From the IMG/VR virus record IMGVR_UViG_3300017605_001304, positions 32,001 through 96,000 of that record: a stretch of 64,000 nt of DNA; one strand, written 5' to 3'. Below the pieces are notes generated by a model. It was given only the letters and a program-made list of their open reading frames with translations. It did not search any database and was not told the DNA's origin. Source of the DNA: a virus. Below are positions 52,848 to 60,739 of the stretch, piece by piece. Numbering within the stretch: the first letter of the stretch is position 1; each line of letters starts with the position of its first letter. Both the position numbers and the translations under genes were made by a program.

Positions 52848-54229
52848 GAGGCATGCTCTCCCGGATCCCCGTAGGGCAGGACCGACGCGAACCCGAACCC
52901 GAGCGGGCCGATCAAGAACATGGATCCGTCTTCCATGGCTTGCCACTTCATGCGGGGGATGATCTTGGCGAACTCTGGATCTTTGCGGGCCAAGCGCTCT
53001 AGACGGCGGAGTGCTTCCGCCTGAGCCTCTTCTCGCGTTCCACGCACCGCGACCTCGGCGAAGCCGGCCGGCTGCGGCACCTTCCCAAGCGGGGACGGAA
53101 GAAGACCATTCGGGAACTTCACACGCCAATACTCCCGGCCCGGCAGCTCGGTCGGCATGTTGGGCTTGAAGATCGGCTCTCCGACGGTCTTGTCGTCGAC
53201 CCAGCCGTCGGGGGTCCAACCGTCTTTGAAGAGCCGCGTCGCCATGGAGCGCGTGGATTCCTTCTTGTGCTTCTTCACGTCGTCTCCTCGCACGCGCGGT
53301 GTGTCGAAGGGGAAGCCCGGCGCGTCGACGTCCCTTGGGGTGAGCTGCGTGACCTTGGCGATCTTCTCCGTGTTGAAGACGACCACCCAGTCCTCGTTGC
53401 TCTGCCTCACGTACGCCACGTCGACGCCGTGGTCGACCAGGAACTTCGCGAGCGCCGGACCGGCCTGTCCAGACGCCTGATCCGAGTTCACGAAGACGTT
53501 GACGAGGTACTCGGCAGGGAACGGGTTCCCGGAGCGGGCCGCCAGCCGGCGCAGCGAGTCTGCGAGCTCCTGGCGCTGCCGAAGACGTGGGACGTCGCGC
53601 AGCCACGCGAGCGTCTCTTCGAGATCGAGGCGAGCGTCCTGCAGCCAGCGCAGGTCCGGAGCCAGGACGACCCGCTGCACGGCACCGCCGCCCTTCGCGT
53701 AGCCCTTGGCGGTCGTCCAGCTCGTGGTGAGGTAGATGCCGGGTCCGTGCTCCGCGGCGCCGCGTCGTGCACCACGGATCTCGGGCGGGCCGAACCACCG
53801 ATGCGAGCCGTGATACAGAACGAGCGGGTCCGTCATGGACGACTCTCGCTGACGCTGGATAGGTATTACCTCGTAATAGCGAGGAGAAGAAATGTCACTC
53901 TGCTCGCGGACATACGAGATAGCGATCTCGTCGACACGTGGGAACGTAAGGAGCACATAGTCTAGTACGCGCGTACGAAGTCGCGGGGCAGACATGAAGC
54001 GATTCGAACAAGCCTGCCGAATCCAGCCGCGCTTGAACATGCTCAGCCAAAGCTGGTCTTCCGCCGCCTCAGTGTTGTTCGTGAACTCCACCTGAGATGG
54101 AATCTGCACGCCGGTGGCGCGCAGTACGCCTTCGTGTGCATGGACCCAGTCATTGTGCGAAGTGTCCGGGTCGGTAATTGGGAACACGCAGCCATCCGGG
54201 GCGATCCAGGCGCGTCCAGCGTAGGCCAC
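52844..54229 (-). CDS. GWxxPDG domain + H-Y-type ADP-ribosyltransferase domain + tagged C-terminal domain
   Basis: AWIAPDG...H..W...GWIRQ; LYHGS...GPGIYLTT...AKGYA...EDWVVVFN; ESTRSMATRLFKD; GTG start with SD AAGGAG. Confidence 0.7.
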   Translation of the reverse strand: MAYAGRAWIAPDGCVFPITDPDTSHNDWVHAHEGVLRATGVQIPSQVEFTNNTEAAEDQLWLSMFKRGWIRQACSNRFMSAPRLRTRVLDYVLLTFPRVDEIAISYVREQSDISSPRYYEVIPIQRQRESSMTDPLVLYHGSHRWFGPPEIRGARRGAAEHGPGIYLTTSWTTAKGYAKGGGAVQRVVLAPDLRWLQDARLDLEETLAWLRDVPRLRQRQELADSLRRLAARSGNPFPAEYLVNVFVNSDQASGQAGPALAKFLVDHGVDVAYVRQSNEDWVVVFNTEKIAKVTQLTPRDVDAPGFPFDTPRVRGDDVKKHKKESTRSMATRLFKDGWTPDGWVDDKTVGEPIFKPNMPTELPGREYWRVKFPNGLLPSPLGKVPQPAGFAEVAVRGTREEAQAEALRRLERLARKDPEFAKIIPRMKWQAMEDGSMFLIGPLGFGFASVLPYGDPGEHAS

Positions 54230-54239
54230 AGGCAGCTCC

Positions 54240-54776
54240 TTAACCGAGCGTGCAGTCGATCGGCTGGAAGTCGGCGTAGATCTCGCGCGCCTTGTCCAGC
54301 GACCACCCATAATTACTCAGGTAGTTCACGAACGCGCCGAGGTCCAGGAACTTGAAGCCCGTCACGGAGTGGCAGAGGTTCTGGTAGAGGACGTTCAGTC
54401 GCACGACCTGCAGGTAGGCGCGCGCCACGACGCGGCCGAACTCGTTGGGCCGCAGCGGGCTCACGATGATGCGCGGGCCGTAGACCTTGGTCCAGTCGAT
54501 CTCTTCGGGCGGCAGGAGCGCCTGCGGGCCCCAGAGGGCGAGGGCCAAGCACTGGCTCGCGCGGTTGAACTTCTCGACGGCGTCCTTGTCGGGCTTGCCC
54601 TGCGCCTTCGGGCGGGTGTCCGGGAGGTCGACGCCGACGAGCTGGATGCGGGCCGCGCGGTACGTCCACAGGCCCTGGTCGATCATCCCGAAGAACGTCT
54701 TGCCGTCGACGACGAACTGCCGGCTCTTCGGGAAGAGCTGGACCTGACAGGCATAGTTGAACAGGATCCGATTCAA
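54240..54776 (-). CDS. Thermonuclease (SNase)-like protein, catalytically degenerate
   Basis: VVDGKTF..IDQG..RIQLVGVDLPD...EFGRVVA versus canonical DGDT / IDxPE / YGR. Confidence 0.6.
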   Translation of the reverse strand: MNRILFNYACQVQLFPKSRQFVVDGKTFFGMIDQGLWTYRAARIQLVGVDLPDTRPKAQGKPDKDAVEKFNRASQCLALALWGPQALLPPEEIDWTKVYGPRIIVSPLRPNEFGRVVARAYLQVVRLNVLYQNLCHSVTGFKFLDLGAFVNYLSNYGWSLDKAREIYADFQPIDCTLG

Positions 54777-54801
54777 GAAGACCTCCCGTGACGTCGACGC
54801 C

Positions 54802-55311
54802 TCACTGACGAAGCGCTGCGGTCACGTGCTTGTTGACGATTTCGGTCGCGTACTTCTCGTACTGCCGAGCGCGGCGCGCGATGAGCGTCGCTGCGACTCG
54901 CCAGTGAGGATGCGGGGGAAGCCGGACGCTCTGCCCGCCGATGACCGCCGCCCCGCCGTACTCCAGGAGCTTGCTCACGTAGGGCAGGGACCAACCGAGC
55001 GCGCTCATGCGGTCCTCGGTGGCGATCGTGACGGTGGTGATCTCCTTCCCGCGGTGGACATCGGGCAGGATGCCGCGCACGTAGTCGAAGATCGCCTCGC
55101 GCCACGCCTTGTCCGAGAGGTAGTCGGTCTCTTCCAGGCTGCGGTCCGCGGCGCGGGCGGCCTTGGACTGGATGGTCACGAGGCTGTCGCGTGTGACCTT
55201 GTCCGCGAGCTGCTGGAGCGACTCCTCACAGCCTTTCCGGAGACCTGCCTCGACCCTGCGCAGCCACTCCTCGGGCCGTAGCCCTTCCATATTGACGGTG
55301 GCCTTGATCAA
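54802..55311 (-). CDS. Virion morphogenesis / tail-completion protein (HK97 gp10-like)
   Basis: LLEYGG...LPPHPHWR motif; start at TTG 55311 or ATG 55290. Confidence 0.55.
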   Translation of the reverse strand: MIKATVNMEGLRPEEWLRRVEAGLRKGCEESLQQLADKVTRDSLVTIQSKAARAADRSLEETDYLSDKAWREAIFDYVRGILPDVHRGKEITTVTIATEDRMSALGWSLPYVSKLLEYGGAAVIGGQSVRLPPHPHWRVAATLIARRARQYEKYATEIVNKHVTAALRQ

Positions 55312-55343
55312 GGTATCGTCTCCACACCTTGGAGGAGGTGAAC

Positions 55344-55766
55344 ATGGCCACGCTGGACGAGCTGCAGAAGGGGTCCGAAGAGTGCTCGGCACGGATGCGA
55401 GCGGTGCTACAGGACGAGCTCAAGCGCACGGGCTTTCCACTGCGCCTATGCACCTACTACGTGGTCGGCATGACCGGCGCGTGGATCTTCCGGCTGCTCT
55501 TCAAGTTCGACCTGTTTGAGAACTTCAAGAGCTTGGCGCTCATCCTGCTGTGTCCGCCTCTGCTGACCGCGACGCAGGCTTTCCTGTTGAGCTTCATGCT
55601 CAAGCGGGCATACCAGCGGGCGCAGGATGCGCTCGGCATCGCGGACAAGGCGGAGAAGGCGCTGTTCGAGGCGACGCGAGGACTGCTCGCTCAGCGTGAG
55701 CAGCTCAAGTTCCTGGTCGAGAGGCTGCGCGATCGCGACGAAGGCGAGGAGTGGAAGGACGCTTAA
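55344..55766 (+). CDS. Membrane protein (two TM segments + coiled coil), antisense insert
   Basis: SD GGAGGTG; two hydrophobic segments. Confidence 0.65.
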   Translation: MATLDELQKGSEECSARMRAVLQDELKRTGFPLRLCTYYVVGMTGAWIFRLLFKFDLFENFKSLALILLCPPLLTATQAFLLSFMLKRAYQRAQDALGIADKAEKALFEATRGLLAQREQLKFLVERLRDRDEGEEWKDA

Positions 55767-56257
55767 CGGCCGTGGCGGTACCGGTCGCAGGCGCACACGA
55801 TGTGGAACGGGAAGTTGGACGATCCCCAGTATCCGTCCTTGCTGCGCGTCTGCGTCTTGATCTCATAGAGGTCCGAATCGAAGCGCACGATCGAGCCGAC
55901 CAGGAACGTCGTGCTCGGCTGCAGGATCTTCTGGTCGAGCAGCAGCACGGTCGAGAACGTCACGAGCAGCGTCCGCTCCTCATCCATGCCGTACTTCTGC
56001 AGGCGGTACTTGCTCGGGCTGTGGTCGATGTGGGCGTGGACCATGATCGGGTGGTCCCAATCCGGGTCGGACGCCTCGTTGTAGAGCGAGTCGACGTTCG
56101 TGTTGCCCCGGTTGAGCAGGATCAACGCGATCTGCGGGTGGTGGCGGATGAACGCCTCGCGCTGGAAGTTCGCCTGGATCTTGTAGTCCGACGTCTCCAG
56201 CAGCTTGAGCAGGAGCTCATTCGCGTCCTTGCCGTCGATCGGCAGCAGGTCGGACAT
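55763..56257 (-). CDS. Neck / head-completion protein (gp14-like)
   Basis: VDSLYNEA, LQKYGMD, VGSIVRFDSDLYEI...YWG. Confidence 0.7.
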   Translation of the reverse strand: MSDLLPIDGKDANELLLKLLETSDYKIQANFQREAFIRHHPQIALILLNRGNTNVDSLYNEASDPDWDHPIMVHAHIDHSPSKYRLQKYGMDEERTLLVTFSTVLLLDQKILQPSTTFLVGSIVRFDSDLYEIKTQTRSKDGYWGSSNFPFHIVCACDRYRHGR

Positions 56258-56966
56258 GGAGGTCCTCCAAGAACAGACGAGCGGCGAGGAAGCGGGTGGC
56301 CTCGTTCACGTGCAATTCGTACGGCCGCTCGGGACGCCCCTCATCGCTGTACGGGTCGACGTAGAACGACGACTTGCCGGGGTAGTTCGTGATGAAGTAG
56401 TCCTTCGCGCGGGACAGATCCTTGCGGCGAAGCTCGTACATGTTCCAGTCCGCCTTGCGGATCCAGCCGTGCATGCACATGTGGCGCATGATGACGTCGC
56501 CCGGGGTCAGTGGCGGCGTCTGATAGGCAGCTAAGAGTTCAGGGTGAACTCGGGCCCACGAGTCGTGAGACTGCCGGTCAGAGTCGAGCGGGTAGAACGT
56601 GTCGTCGGGAGCAATCCAACCTGCCCGAACATTGCGCGACTCGTGCAGGCGCACGGTCACCGGTTCCACTCGATGTGGAACGCGGCCGTGAAGGTCGAGA
56701 TTTGCTGCCTCGACTCCTGGATACTTCATGCGGATGTAATCGAGCAAGAGAGGCTCATACTTCACGTTCAACTCGTAGTCCTTCTTGCCAGCCTGCCGGA
56801 TCCAGCCCTTCGCGTACAACTGCGTAATGACCGCATCCGTGAAGTCAGGATCGTACGGGTCGTCCATGCCGAGCAGCTCGGCCGCGAACTGATCGTGCAT
56901 GTCGAAACGCGGCTCCAGAGGATGGAAGTTCATGTCCGGGTCGAGCCAGCCAATGTGGTCGGACAT
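56217..56966 (-). CDS. Protein with two GWxxPD domains and C-terminal tag
   Basis: GWLDPD...H...GWIRQ...YE and GWIAPD...H...GWIRK...YE; EATRFLAARLFLE. Confidence 0.75.
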   Translation of the reverse strand: MSDHIGWLDPDMNFHPLEPRFDMHDQFAAELLGMDDPYDPDFTDAVITQLYAKGWIRQAGKKDYELNVKYEPLLLDYIRMKYPGVEAANLDLHGRVPHRVEPVTVRLHESRNVRAGWIAPDDTFYPLDSDRQSHDSWARVHPELLAAYQTPPLTPGDVIMRHMCMHGWIRKADWNMYELRRKDLSRAKDYFITNYPGKSSFYVDPYSDEGRPERPYELHVNEATRFLAARLFLEDLHVRPAADRRQGRE

Positions 56967-57787
56967 CACTGGCCCTCCAGGAACAGACGCTTCGCGATAG
57001 CCTTGGTGGACTCTAGCTGCACGACCACTGACTTGATGCGGCCGCGCCAATCTCTGAGATCAATCTCGATCGCGCGTACTTGAGGATACTTACGCCGGAC
57101 ATAGTCCACGACGGACTGTTCAAACAAAGCGTAGCACTCGTACTGGTCGCGACTCACTTGACGGATCCAGCCGTCGTCAAACATCGCTTGAATCTTCCTG
57201 TCGACCCAGTCATCGTCGTCCGAGTCGTGCGCCTCACTGTCGGCAACCCACCCGGCGTGTCCTTGCGGAGCGGCGTGAAACTGTCCGTTCGGGTCGATCC
57301 ACCCTTGCACCAGCGATGGCGCGGCTTCAAGCCAGCTCGACGGGAGCTTGAGCTGCTGGACGGCGCCAGATCGAATCGACGACGTCAACACGATCCACTC
57401 CTGCTCTTCGAGCGAGTCCTCGCTGGAGAGGTAGCGGCTGATCGGCAGCCCGATCGCTGTGCCTTTACGAAGGCGATACAGCTTGCCGGACTTCCAGTGC
57501 TTTTGCGCGAACGTCACCGCCGTAGTGACGTTGCTGCTCCAGGACTGGAACACGCGAGTCGACTCAGACGCGGGATCTACCTCTGCACCACGGTAGAGCG
57601 CAGGAACTGGTTGGCCGTTCTCTTTCAGGTCCTGCAGCAGTGCCCGGGCCTCGGCCCGCAGCTTCCGGCCAGACGCACTCGAAGGTTCTGGGGCCCCGGC
57701 GAGCTCGTCCTTGGCGTGCAGCTCGACGGTACCCATGTCGCTGCTGACCCACCGCCAGACGGCCCGTACCGCTTGAGGGTCGATCAT
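56966..57787 (-). CDS. R-S-E-class ADP-ribosyltransferase domain fused to GWxxPDG domain and C-terminal tag
   Basis: LYRG, FQSWSS, A..FA, EEQEWIV; then GWIDPNG...GWIRQ; ESTKAIAKRLFLEG. Confidence 0.8.
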   Translation of the reverse strand: MIDPQAVRAVWRWVSSDMGTVELHAKDELAGAPEPSSASGRKLRAEARALLQDLKENGQPVPALYRGAEVDPASESTRVFQSWSSNVTTAVTFAQKHWKSGKLYRLRKGTAIGLPISRYLSSEDSLEEQEWIVLTSSIRSGAVQQLKLPSSWLEAAPSLVQGWIDPNGQFHAAPQGHAGWVADSEAHDSDDDDWVDRKIQAMFDDGWIRQVSRDQYECYALFEQSVVDYVRRKYPQVRAIEIDLRDWRGRIKSVVVQLESTKAIAKRLFLEGQ

Positions 57788-58146
57788 CCCAACCCCTCCA
57801 AGAACAGACGCTTGGCGATGGCCCGTGTAGACTCGTCCATGTTGATGACGAGTGTTTTCGGAGGGCCAAGAAAGTCAACTACATCGATATTAATTCGATG
57901 CACATTGGGGTGTACTCGACGTACGTAATCAATGACCCACTGCTCATACGCCGCGGTACACTCATAATCGTACAGTCCCGCTTGGCGCACCCACCCAGCC
58001 TTTAGCATCCGAACCGTCTCAGCGTTAACCCAAACCAGAATCTGATCGTTGTCCGGGGCTCCTGGCCTGTTGTCTATCACCCACTCGTCGTGGCCATTCA
58101 GTACGCGGTGGAACTCGCCGTCAGGATCAATCCAGCCCTGTGCCAC
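57784..58146 (-). CDS. Single GWxxPDG domain protein with C-terminal tag
   Basis: GWIDPDGEFH...H..W...GWVRQ...YEC...DYVRR; ESTRAIAKRLFLEG. Confidence 0.75.
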   Translation of the reverse strand: MAQGWIDPDGEFHRVLNGHDEWVIDNRPGAPDNDQILVWVNAETVRMLKAGWVRQAGLYDYECTAAYEQWVIDYVRRVHPNVHRINIDVVDFLGPPKTLVINMDESTRAIAKRLFLEGLG

Positions 58147-58149
58147 GGC

Positions 58150-59178
58150 TTACCCCCACACAGGCGGAACGGCCGGCGCGAGCGAGCGCAGGTCATCTTC
58201 CAGCCGCTGCCGGTCTTGCCGGCTCTCGTCTAGAAGCTGCGCTGCGTCGAGCGTCAGCGTTCCACCGGGGCTCGGGACCGTCCCGCTCCACTTGCCGCGG
58301 GTCCGGCCGAGGATCTCCTTCGCGACGGCAAGTGCGTATTGTCGGAACCACGCGTGGTGCGAGACCGGGATCTGGTCGATCGCGACGTCGGCGTAGTAGC
58401 GGTACGAGACGTCGTAGAGGCTCGGGTCCTGAGAACCCGAGGGCCCGCCGAGCGAGATGTAGAGCGTCCCGTTCTCAACTCGCCAAGTCCACTCGGGCTC
58501 GACCGACGCCTGCCTACGCACTGTTTCCCAGTGCGACTGCGAGAGCACGAACTCGTCGAACTGGATCTGCGGCCAGATCGGGAACTCGCGGCCGAAGAAC
58601 GGGAACGACGTCAGGTTCAACTGCTGCTTGCGAACGAACTGCACGTCCGCAACGCCGCGTGAGCCGACGCCCGGCAGCGGGTAGGCGAAGATGCCGGCGC
58701 TCAGCACCACGGTGTCCGACAGCTCGCGGGCGCACCAGCGGTTGTACACCGTGAGCGCTTCGTTCATGCACGTCGCGAGCTGCCCGCTCGTGAGCTCGAC
58801 GGCCACGGACGGGAAGCCCAGCATGTTGAAGACGTACTGCCGGATCGAGTCGGAGTTGACGCCGCTCGCGATCGGGTATTCAGCCGTCAGCACGGTCGGG
58901 AACGGATCAACCTGGATGCCGAGCTGGTTCGCGTACCACTTCGCCGTGATCCGGCCCTGCACATAATTGCTGGCGTCGATGTACGTGTAGTAGAACGTCC
59001 CCTGCGCGTCCGAGCCTTGCACGATCGAGACCGAGGAGTCGGTCCCGAGTGCCCGGGTCTCAGTCACCGTCACGGCGCCCGCCTGGAAGATCTGGACCGA
59101 GAGGTCCTGATCGACCACGTCGCCGAGCCCGGTGTCGTCATTGACGAAGCGGATGTCCAACAGAACTGGAAGCGCCAT
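58150..59178 (-). CDS. Neck protein (T4 gp13-like)
   Basis: YVFNMLGFPSVAVELT..QL, WFRQYALAVAKEILGRTRGKW..VPSPGGTLTLDA. Confidence 0.85.
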   Translation of the reverse strand: MALPVLLDIRFVNDDTGLGDVVDQDLSVQIFQAGAVTVTETRALGTDSSVSIVQGSDAQGTFYYTYIDASNYVQGRITAKWYANQLGIQVDPFPTVLTAEYPIASGVNSDSIRQYVFNMLGFPSVAVELTSGQLATCMNEALTVYNRWCARELSDTVVLSAGIFAYPLPGVGSRGVADVQFVRKQQLNLTSFPFFGREFPIWPQIQFDEFVLSQSHWETVRRQASVEPEWTWRVENGTLYISLGGPSGSQDPSLYDVSYRYYADVAIDQIPVSHHAWFRQYALAVAKEILGRTRGKWSGTVPSPGGTLTLDAAQLLDESRQDRQRLEDDLRSLAPAVPPVWG

Positions 59179-59181
59179 CGC

Positions 59182-60693
59182 TTATCTCTCCCGTCCAGCC
59201 AGACGAAGGCGTGTGTCGCCATGGACGCGGCCGCGGATCGCGACGTCGAGCCCCAGCGACGCCGCTCGATCCGTCACGAAGACGCCCAGGTCGCAGCCGA
59301 GCTGCAGGCCGCCGCGCTGGATCACGGCCAGATCGAGGCCGAGCGTGAGGACGGCGTCGAGCACCTTGACCGCGGTCGCCGTCGCGAGGTCTGTCGTGCT
59401 CTGCGCTCGCACGACGCTGGTGAGGCCCAGGGACACGTGGTCGGTCTCGGCGATCCCCGCGCTGGTCGCGAGGTCCGCCGTGAGCTCCGAGGCCACGAAG
59501 AGGTCCAGGACGACCTGCTTGAAGCTCGAAGTTCCGATCCAGGTCGAGAGGCTGAGGTTGATCGTGCGGTTCCCGGTCCCGACGACCAGGGTGTCCGAGG
59601 ACAGGTTGATCGCGTGCCCGACCGCCACTCCCAGATCGGTCAGGAGCGTCGTCAGGAGCGTCTCCGCGACGCCCGTCGACGTCGACAGGTTCAGCACCGG
59701 TGCGCCCTTGACCACGGCCGTGGTGGCCACGGAGAGCGTCTTCGGTGCGCGAATGGCTGCCATCGTCGGCAGCGATAGCTGGAGGCCCTGAGCGACGGCC
59801 GTCGACAGGTTGAGCGAGAGGGTCGGCGCGAGCTGGACGACGGTGTCGAGGCCCAGGAACGTCGTGAGCGAGCTCTGAGAGACGAGCGTCGTGAGCCCGA
59901 GGCTCAGGACCGGCTGCACGTACGTCGTCGACGTGAGCGCGAGCGTACGCCCCATGCTCGCGACGGCCGAGGTGAGGCCGAGCGACGCCGACTGCGGGAA
60001 GACGACCAGGGTGTCCGCGCCGAGCTGCAGGGCGATGGGCGCCTGCACCGCGGTCTTCGTCGCCATCATCACGAAGCGCGACAGCGCCACGGCGGTCGAG
60101 AGGGACAGAGTCGACGACGTCGAGAACGCCACCGCGACGTTCGTCCACAGGAACGTGAGCACGTCGGGGTCGCTGATCGCGGCGTCGGCGCCGAGCAGCG
60201 ACTGCCCGCTAGTCATCCCGAGCGAGATGGCGGTGTCGAGCGAGAGGTTCTTCGTCCGGTTCGTCTGCTGCACGGCCACGCCGGTCGGCACCGCGGAGAA
60301 CCGCGACGCCTGCACCGCCGAGGTCAGCAGCAAGAGCTGGTTCACGTTCGCCACGGAGATGGCCGTGCTAGTCGCGAGCGTCTTGAAGTACGTGCCGACG
60401 ATCGTGTCGACCAGCAAGGTCTGCGCGACGTCTGCGAACTGGACCGCGGTCGTCTCCCCCAGCGACAAGGTCAAGGGGGTTTGCACCGCCGCCTGTGACG
60501 TCAGATTCAGGGTCAGATTCGAGAACTGAACCGCGTTGGTGAGGCCGAGGTCCAGCGTCGTGTTGGGCATCACCACAACGGTGTCCTCGCTGAGCAAGAG
60601 GGACGTCTGAGCCAGCACGCCGAGATCAAGACCCAGCGGCAGGGAGACAACCGTGCCTCCGAGAAGATTGTTCTGCAGGATCGGCAGAAGCAC
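59182..60693 (-). CDS. Leu/Thr/Ser/Ala/Val-rich repeat protein (probable virion fibre)
   Basis: Many degenerate 13-14 aa units of the form LxLxTxTAV; few charged or aromatic residues. Confidence 0.65.
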   Translation of the reverse strand: MLLPILQNNLLGGTVVSLPLGLDLGVLAQTSLLLSEDTVVVMPNTTLDLGLTNAVQFSNLTLNLTSQAAVQTPLTLSLGETTAVQFADVAQTLLVDTIVGTYFKTLATSTAISVANVNQLLLLTSAVQASRFSAVPTGVAVQQTNRTKNLSLDTAISLGMTSGQSLLGADAAISDPDVLTFLWTNVAVAFSTSSTLSLSTAVALSRFVMMATKTAVQAPIALQLGADTLVVFPQSASLGLTSAVASMGRTLALTSTTYVQPVLSLGLTTLVSQSSLTTFLGLDTVVQLAPTLSLNLSTAVAQGLQLSLPTMAAIRAPKTLSVATTAVVKGAPVLNLSTSTGVAETLLTTLLTDLGVAVGHAINLSSDTLVVGTGNRTINLSLSTWIGTSSFKQVVLDLFVASELTADLATSAGIAETDHVSLGLTSVVRAQSTTDLATATAVKVLDAVLTLGLDLAVIQRGGLQLGCDLGVFVTDRAASLGLDVAIRGRVHGDTRLRLAGRER

Positions 60694-60739
60694 GGTTGTC
60701 CCCTAGGGGCTATGTCATGGGCATGAACGCCACAGAGGA

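Noticed and set aside
52848-53798. N-terminal 317 aa of the 704 aa ORF-track call 51684-53798
   Set aside because: Arg/Pro/Gly-rich off-frame read overlapping the real ORF 52844-54229; the ATGA-coupled start is at 52847.
55344-55766. Holin call for the two-TM protein
   Set aside because: Antisense to the late genes and no endolysin nearby; left as an unspecified membrane protein.
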